The notes under the pieces are model-generated. The model ran no database searches. It had not been told where the DNA came from and saw nothing but the letters and a program-made list of their open reading frames with translations. From an uncultured Candidatus Bathyarchaeia archaeon (lineage in GTDB: Archaea > Thermoproteota > Bathyarchaeia > Bathyarchaeales > Bathycorpusculaceae), in assembly GCA_964354115.1 (NCBI GenBank), contig CAYGYP010000001.1, positions 1 to 30,737 on the forward strand: a stretch of 30,737 nt of DNA, written 5' to 3'. A program made the translations under genes and the position numbers. Positions within the stretch are counted from its first letter, which is position 1. Each line of letters opens with the position of its first letter. Positions 24,972 to 30,737 of the stretch are shown in pieces.

Positions 24972-25124
24972 GTTCCTGTCTCCTGACTCATAGTCTCTTC
25001 GTTCTACTTTTAAACCATTGTCTTAATGAATGAATACCTTGAAAAGTGCTGAGGACGGTTGCTTGATTGTTCTTTGCCTCAACCTTTTATGGACGTTTCA
25101 CTTTCAGTCTTTCTTGCGAAAGGA

Positions 25125-26189
25125 TTATGTGATTTCTTCGATCTGAATTGCCCTTCTTTCTTTTGCTGATTTATAGATTGCCATGGCAAACTTTATGACG
25201 TTCTTTCCGTCTTCTCCAGTGAACTTGGGTTTTTCATTTGCTAAGGCGCATTCTACGAAGTGGTTGATGGCGTTCTTGAAGCTCGAGCCCCAATTGGAAT
25301 CGATGGATTCGTAATTCGTTGTTCTGCCATCCTTGTACAGGATCAATGGTGGGACGTACCGCATTTCGCTGTGGCAGCGCGTTACCCAGAGTATACCTTC
25401 TTCTCCGATGACCTCGAAGGTTTCGTGGATCGCAAAATAGTTCGTCCGAATGCGCATTTTGGACGTTACGAAGTCCCAAGACCCATATTTCTTCGGTTGA
25501 TAATAGTTCCACATTATCGTCGCAGGAGCATCGGTGTTGAAATCAGCAATCTGCGCCTCAATGTCCTTCACTTCCCCCATCAAGAACCTAGCGACCGCAA
25601 GCTGATGAAGGCCACCGTCGAATATTGGACCGCCCCCGCTTTTTTCGTGGTTTCGCCTCCACTGGATTGCAGAGTTCCAATCGCCTTGTGTGACTGGCCT
25701 GTACCAGCCTCCGATTGAGGTTCCGTTGACACTTTCCATTCTGACCAAGATGGGTTCGCCGATTTCGTTGGCGTCGATCAATTCCTTCATCTTAACCAAG
25801 GGGGCATAGAAGAGGAAGTTTTCCGTCACATTCAGGATCACGCCTGCCTTTCTAGCGGCGCTAATCATTTCGTCGCATTCTTTAGGATTCAGCGCCATGG
25901 GTTTTTGTATCGAAATGTGCTTTCCAGCTTCCGCTGCAGCTATTGCCATTTCTTTGTGCAGGTGATGAGGGGTGAGAATTTCGACGGCGTCGATTTGGTC
26001 GTCCTTCAGCATCTCGTGGTAATCCGTGTAGTACTTCTTTGCTCCCCACAGTCTCATGCGGTCCTTGGCTTTCTCTTCCACAACATCGCATACTGCAGTA
26101 ATCTCAGCTTTGTCGCTGGTTAAGTAAACTTCTGCATGAAGCGAAGAAATTACGCCTGTCCCAATAATACCAACTTGCAGCTTTTTCAC
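25125..26189 (-). CDS. Gfo/Idh/MocA family oxidoreductase (QKP variant), 354 aa
   Basis: VGIIGTGVI, AVCDV, ILTPHHLH, ISIQKPMA, SGGGPIFDGGLHQL. Confidence 0.9.
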   Translation of the reverse strand: MKKLQVGIIGTGVISSLHAEVYLTSDKAEITAVCDVVEEKAKDRMRLWGAKKYYTDYHEMLKDDQIDAVEILTPHHLHKEMAIAAAEAGKHISIQKPMALNPKECDEMISAARKAGVILNVTENFLFYAPLVKMKELIDANEIGEPILVRMESVNGTSIGGWYRPVTQGDWNSAIQWRRNHEKSGGGPIFDGGLHQLAVARFLMGEVKDIEAQIADFNTDAPATIMWNYYQPKKYGSWDFVTSKMRIRTNYFAIHETFEVIGEEGILWVTRCHSEMRYVPPLILYKDGRTTNYESIDSNWGSSFKNAINHFVECALANEKPKFTGEDGKNVIKFAMAIYKSAKERRAIQIEEIT

Positions 26190-26211
26190 ATCTTTCCGCC
26201 TGTCCTTTCAA

Positions 26212-27084
26212 TTATTTTATAAGGTTATTCAGTACTCGTTCCAATTCCCCTTTGTTAATTCTCGACGCCAGGAACTGCTCGGGGTATTCCCACAGGTCAA
26301 CCTGCCACCATCCTGCGTATCCGTATTCAAGCAGCGACCTGATTATGTTCGTGTAATCCAATTCACCCCATCCGAGCGGCAGATGAGTCGACGTTTTCGC
26401 GCCAACCGCGGAGAAGTATCTTCTCGACCCGTCATTGTCGGTCACGTGGGTCCAGCCTACTCTTCCATCGATGAGCTTGAGGTAGTCTATAGGGTCCCCC
26501 TTCGATATGACGTTCACGTGAGAGAAATCCCATAAGACTTTAAAGTTCTTAGAGTTGACCTTGTCGAGTACTTCTTTCGCAATTTTTGGCGTGTTCACAA
26601 TGAACGGGGGCTCAGTTTCCATGTTTAGGGTCACGTTCAGTTTCTCTGCTTCTCCCGATATATCGCAATAGGAGTCAACGAGAATCTCTAATGCTTTCCG
26701 CGGAGTCAGTCCTGATGGGACAGAGCCTGGATACAAGGCAACGGAGGAAGTCGCGCCTATCTGTGCGGCGAACCTTATCTGTTTCTTGACGTTGTTCACG
26801 TATTCCTTCCTTTTATCGTCATCAGGGTCAGCAAGGCTTCCGCCAGATGCGGATTGAATAGCGGGTATCTCTATTCCTTGCTCATCGTAGAGGCTCTTCA
26901 GTTTCTTTATCTCACCGCTCTTTTCGGGAAGGGGGCTATGATAAACTGGGAATAGCTCAATTCCGTCGTAGTCCATTTCTTTCGCGTGAGCCAGAATCTC
27001 GCTTGGCGTATAGGTTGCTCCGTAATCGATTTCGCTGGACCAGAATCCGTTTTCTCCGAGAGCAATCCTCCATTTTCTAACCAT
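26212..27084 (-). CDS. Sugar phosphate isomerase/epimerase family (xylose isomerase-like TIM barrel, AP_endonuc_2), 290 aa
   Basis: YDGIEL, LNMETEP, LWDFSH, HVTDND, HLPLGWGELDY, YAGWWQVDLWE. Confidence 0.85.
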   Translation of the reverse strand: MVRKWRIALGENGFWSSEIDYGATYTPSEILAHAKEMDYDGIELFPVYHSPLPEKSGEIKKLKSLYDEQGIEIPAIQSASGGSLADPDDDKRKEYVNNVKKQIRFAAQIGATSSVALYPGSVPSGLTPRKALEILVDSYCDISGEAEKLNVTLNMETEPPFIVNTPKIAKEVLDKVNSKNFKVLWDFSHVNVISKGDPIDYLKLIDGRVGWTHVTDNDGSRRYFSAVGAKTSTHLPLGWGELDYTNIIRSLLEYGYAGWWQVDLWEYPEQFLASRINKGELERVLNNLIK

Positions 27085-27098
27085 TAGCAGAAAACATC

Positions 27099-27890
27099 CT
27101 ACGAGTATATTTTCAAGATGCTTAGGTTTTTTCTTAAATGCTCTTTTCTGCTTACTCTCTGAACTTCCATCTCTACCGAAATCCAGCCGTCATAACGGTT
27201 TTGCTTCAAGGCACCAAATATGCCTTTAAAATTTATTGTCCCTACACCCAGATCCGTGAACATCGTTGCTATTGATCGGTACTCATTTGATCCGAGGGTA
27301 ACCTTTTCTTTTTCGATCTTTGGCTCTCCCTTATCCTTCGTCAAGTCCTTTACGTGAACATACTTGATTTTTTCACCAAGCCTTTTGACCCATTCCTCGG
27401 AGTCGCTGAAGAGCTCTGCGTGAGCCGTGTCAAAACATATGCCTAGATTCTTCATGCCGACGTCATGCAGGAACCTTTCAGCATCCTCTAAAGTCTCAAC
27501 CAGCGTTCCAGTGTGATGGTGGACGGTGGGAACGACGCCCTTCTCGTCAGCGTACTTGCATACATCCCGCGTGTAGGCGATGAATTGTTGCCATGATAAG
27601 GAATTTCTGATTGGAGGGAGATAAAGAGTGTAATCCACACCTAGGTTGTTGCACAAGTCAACAGCCTTTTTTGCATTATTTACGGAGTCTGGATTGTTCA
27701 TGAAGCCAGACGTTACACATGCCACTTGGAGTTCATATTTCCTAGAAAGCGCCCTTATTTTCCTAAGGTTCTGAACCTCGTCAACGCTGAGTTCTATACC
27801 GTCATACCCGGACTCGCTGATGTCCTTAAAAGCCAGTTCCACCTCGTCCGGCGCATACAGGGCGAACGTCTTCCACGCAAATCTCGACAT
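27099..27890 (-). CDS. Sugar phosphate isomerase/epimerase family, IolE (inosose dehydratase)-like TIM barrel, 263 aa
   Basis: GYDGIEL, VHHHTGTLVET, ICFDTAH, YVHVKD, FTDLGVGTINF, YDGWISVEME. Confidence 0.85.
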   Translation of the reverse strand: MSRFAWKTFALYAPDEVELAFKDISESGYDGIELSVDEVQNLRKIRALSRKYELQVACVTSGFMNNPDSVNNAKKAVDLCNNLGVDYTLYLPPIRNSLSWQQFIAYTRDVCKYADEKGVVPTVHHHTGTLVETLEDAERFLHDVGMKNLGICFDTAHAELFSDSEEWVKRLGEKIKYVHVKDLTKDKGEPKIEKEKVTLGSNEYRSIATMFTDLGVGTINFKGIFGALKQNRYDGWISVEMEVQRVSRKEHLRKNLSILKIYS

Positions 27891-28129
27891 TTACACACCG
27901 CTGAAATGTGTTATCAATATGTCCTCGTCGTTCATCAACACTAACGAATTTTTGGACTAATATCGTTTTCCTCGAAGCAGAAAAATTTTGGTAGTATTAT
28001 AGAATAACATTAAAGGCACCTATTCACAAAAAGAACCGCATTGCACAGCTTGTATTTAGAAAGTTGACTTTCCATGCTAAAACGTGGTTATTTCATGTCG
28101 AGTATCGTGCTTGAAGGTGTCAAAAAAAT

Positions 28130-28972
28130 ATGACGTTCCACTCGGAGCAGTTGGTCAAAGAGATAAACGGAATATCGCGGGATCTGCGACTGGATGTTCT
28201 GGAAATGATTCACAGAAGGGGGCAAGGGCATCCGGGAGGGTCCCTTTCAGCGGCTGAAATCGTTGCAGCTCTTTACTTCCACCATCTCAGGATTGATCCA
28301 TCTCGTCCAGATTGGCCAGAACGCGACCGCTTCATTCTCAGTAAAGGGCACGCCTGTGCGCTTCTTTATACGGCTTTAGCGCGGCGAAAATTCTTTCCTA
28401 TGGATGAACTTCAGACGTGGGGGCATCTTAGCGGTCGTCTCCAGGGGCATCCTGACCGGTTGAAAACGCCTGGTGTAGACATGAGTTCGGGCATGGAAGG
28501 CCATGGTGTCCCTGTTGGAGTTGGATTATGTTTAGCAGCTCGCCTTAATGGTCTCAGTTACCACGTGTACGTGCTCGTGGGGGATGGTGAATGCCAGGGT
28601 GGCGTTCTTTGGGAGGGAGCGATGATAGCGAGTAAATACAGGACTTGGGAATTGACTGTCATCGTGGACAACAACAATGTTCAGCTGGACGGTCCCGTGC
28701 ACGAAATTATGCCGCTAGACCCATTGGTAGACAAGTGGAAAGCTTTCAATTTTGCCACACTCGAAATTAACGGGCATGACACGCGGCAGGTTTTGGAGGC
28801 GCTTGATGCGGCGAAGGAGATTCATGACAAGCCGACGGTCATCATTGCCCACACTACGAAGGGCAAAGGAGTCTCATTCATGGAGAACCAAGCAAAGTGG
28901 CATGGTCTGGCACCGAACGACAATGAATACGCTCGAGCTGTCTCGGAGTTGAAGAGAGGTATTAAGGAATGA
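28130..28972 (+). CDS. tkt: Transketolase-like protein, N-terminal (ThDP-binding) subunit, 280 aa
   Basis: GHPGGSLS, RDRFILSKGHA, LQGHP, GDGE...G..WE, VDNN.VQLDG, HTTKGKGVSFME...WHG. Confidence 0.88.
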   Translation: MTFHSEQLVKEINGISRDLRLDVLEMIHRRGQGHPGGSLSAAEIVAALYFHHLRIDPSRPDWPERDRFILSKGHACALLYTALARRKFFPMDELQTWGHLSGRLQGHPDRLKTPGVDMSSGMEGHGVPVGVGLCLAARLNGLSYHVYVLVGDGECQGGVLWEGAMIASKYRTWELTVIVDNNNVQLDGPVHEIMPLDPLVDKWKAFNFATLEINGHDTRQVLEALDAAKEIHDKPTVIIAHTTKGKGVSFMENQAKWHGLAPNDNEYARAVSELKRGIKE

Positions 28973-29913
28973 TGAAGAAAATTTCAGTTCGAAAGGCGTA
29001 CGGCGAAGCCCTTGCTGACTATGGCACCATCAATCCCAAAGTTGTCGTCGTAGTAGCGGATGTTTCGTCGTCCGTTTTCACATCAATTTTTGCTGACCGC
29101 TTCACTAAACGGTTCTTTAACGTGGGAATAACGGAACAATCCATGATTGACGTCGCAGCTGGCTTGGCTCTGGGCGGAATGATTCCATTTGCAAACACCT
29201 TTGCTACGCTTTTCCTTCGGGCGTTGGAGCAGATTCGGACCTGCGTGGCGTATGCGAAGACTAATGTGAAGATTGTGGGAGGATACTCGGGACTATCCGA
29301 TTTCAAGGACGGTCCGTCGCACCACACCGAGGCCGACGTCGCCATCATGCGGTCTTTGCCTAACATGACTGTCTTGGAGGCGGCGGATGCCTGTGAAGTA
29401 AAAAAGATGGTGCCGCTTGTTGCTGAGTACGACGGACCAGTTTACCTCCGAATCAGCCGAGCAGACATGCCAGCATTGTTTGACGACAGCCATGAAGTGG
29501 AAATTGGAAAAAGCTCCATCGTCCAAGACGGTAATGACGTAACCTTCATAGCCAGTGGCATGATGGTTTCTCGTTGTCTGGAAGCCTCAAAGATACTCGC
29601 TGAAAAAGCGGTAAAAGCACGTCTGATTAACATGTACTCCATAAAACCTTTGGACGTTTCCGCGATCGAAAAAGCTGCTGAAGAAACAGGCGCCATAGTC
29701 ACTGCGGAGGAGCATTCAGTGATTGGCGGTTTAGGTGGCGCTGTGGCGGAAACGCTTGGAAATAATTGCATATTACCCATTGAACGTGTGGGAATTGCTG
29801 ACGTTTTTACTGAAACAGCTCTATCGCACGACGAACTGCTTGATTGTTACGGGATGGGAGTGGGAAGCATCGTCGAAGCGGCATTACATGTCATTAAGCG
29901 GAAGAAAAGGTAA
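28969..29913 (+). CDS. tkt: Transketolase-like protein, C-terminal subunit, 314 aa
   Basis: RFFNVGITEQ, RALEQIR, DGPSH, MR.LPNMTV, GPVYLRISR, IKPLD, TAEEHSVIGGLG. ATGA overlap with the upstream stop codon suggests translational coupling. Confidence 0.88.
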   Translation: MMKKISVRKAYGEALADYGTINPKVVVVVADVSSSVFTSIFADRFTKRFFNVGITEQSMIDVAAGLALGGMIPFANTFATLFLRALEQIRTCVAYAKTNVKIVGGYSGLSDFKDGPSHHTEADVAIMRSLPNMTVLEAADACEVKKMVPLVAEYDGPVYLRISRADMPALFDDSHEVEIGKSSIVQDGNDVTFIASGMMVSRCLEASKILAEKAVKARLINMYSIKPLDVSAIEKAAEETGAIVTAEEHSVIGGLGGAVAETLGNNCILPIERVGIADVFTETALSHDELLDCYGMGVGSIVEAALHVIKRKKR

Positions 29914-29958
29914 ATAGTTGTGGCAATGCCAGTATCGGAGAGGTAATGAGGTTTTGGT

Positions 29959-30737
29959 ATGAGGAAAATAAAAGCAGCAATCATAGGATGCGGGCTTGTG
30001 TCATCTGCTCACGCCGCGGGTTACTCGGAAGACGAGAGAGCCGAGCTAGTCGCTTTGTGCGATGTTCAAAAAGGCAAAGTCGAGGCGATGGCAAAAGACT
30101 TCGGCGTTAAAAAAAGATTTCTTGACTACAGCGACCTTCTGAAAGACAAAGAAATAGACATTGTGGACATCTGTACCCCGCCGTATCTACACGCGGCGAT
30201 GACTGTAGCAGCAGCTGAGGCGGGAAAACACGTGTTAGTTGAGAAGCCGATGTGCGACTCAATGAAGGTTTCCAATCAGATGATATCTGCAGCAAGAAAG
30301 GCTGGTTTGACTCTGATGGTCGGCGAAAGCTACGTCTTCACCACCACACATATGAAGGCAAGGGAACTCATAGACCAGGGTGCCATCGGAAGACCCTTGT
30401 TGTTGGCTGAGACGATGGGCATATGGCTTCGTCAAAAACCGGAACCAAACCCCGCGCCGGGAGCCCCCGTGCCTTTCAGGTATGACCCTGTGAAATCACT
30501 CGGCGGACTGTACCGTGATGCCATAGACCATTTTCCCCACGCCACAGCGACAGCACGATACTTGATGCAGGACACTGAAATAAGCAGAATCTACGCTTGG
30601 TCCAAATCAGCCAAGGACAAATACGGACAGGAGGAAAAAGTGTTCACCTCAGTCATGTGGCAATACAGTGGCGGAGAAAAAAGCGGAACATGGGTCAAGC
30701 AAGGGAAAGTTGACCAGCCGGGAGGCTTCAGCACAAC
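29959..30737 (+). CDS. Gfo/Idh/MocA family oxidoreductase, partial (runs off the right edge)
   Basis: Manual translation from ATG 29959 gives MRKIKAAIIGCGLVSSAHAAGY..ALCDV..DIVDICTPPYLH..AGKHVLVEKPM..SLGGLYRDAIDHFPH, open to the window end. RBS GAGGT at 29948-29952. Absent from the ORF track. Confidence 0.9.
   Translation, partial: MRKIKAAIIGCGLVSSAHAAGYSEDERAELVALCDVQKGKVEAMAKDFGVKKRFLDYSDLLKDKEIDIVDICTPPYLHAAMTVAAAEAGKHVLVEKPMCDSMKVSNQMISAARKAGLTLMVGESYVFTTTHMKARELIDQGAIGRPLLLAETMGIWLRQKPEPNPAPGAPVPFRYDPVKSLGGLYRDAIDHFPHATATARYLMQDTEISRIYAWSKSAKDKYGQEEKVFTSVMWQYSGGEKSGTWVKQGKVDQPGGFST

Noticed and set aside
25260-25718. 152-aa plus-strand ORF
   Set aside because: Antisense shadow of the Gfo/Idh/MocA gene.
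27099-27890. Definite iolE assignment and a complete inositol operon
   Set aside because: IolE-like motifs are present, but no iolD, iolB or iolC is in the window and the family is multifunctional.
1-30737. Mobile elements, CRISPR arrays, tRNA/rRNA genes, frameshifted pseudogenes
   Set aside because: No transposase or integrase ORF, regular repeat-spacer array, cloverleaf-like or rRNA-like segment, or broken reading frame was seen by inspection; Infernal and tRNAscan would be needed to exclude small ncRNAs.

Overview
A gene-dense, intact carbohydrate-utilisation island with 18 complete CDSs plus partial CDSs at both edges. An archaeal host, possibly Bathyarchaeia-like, is inferred from TATA-like boxes, GGTGA/GAGGT ribosome-binding sites, pyrimidine/T-tract gene ends, a TrmB-like regulator and a split transketolase. 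No phylogenetic marker gene is present to confirm this. The left part holds an ilvD-family gene (partial, absent from the ORF track), a GH2 glycosidase, a membrane-anchored GH10 xylanase and an amidohydrolase. The centre (5113-14950) is the most notable element: a 1508-aa protein fusing a PA domain and a catalytically degenerate M28 peptidase-like ectodomain to a MacB/FtsX-type permease, with no ATPase in the window. Beside it are two distantly paralogous OPT-like polytopic membrane proteins and a TrmB-like regulator, arranged as two divergent pairs with shared promoter motifs. These are the only transport candidates in the window, so they may form an uncharacterised oligosaccharide-uptake system. 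The right part holds an orphan putative glycoside hydrolase (DUF6259-like), a class III aminotransferase, three Gfo/Idh/MocA oxidoreductases, an FGGY kinase, a second amidohydrolase, an L-arabinose/L-fucose isomerase-family protein, two xylose-isomerase-like TIM-barrel proteins and a split transketolase with atypical motifs. I saw no rRNA, tRNA, CRISPR array, transposase or clear pseudogene. All family calls come from motif recognition by eye; no database searches were run.
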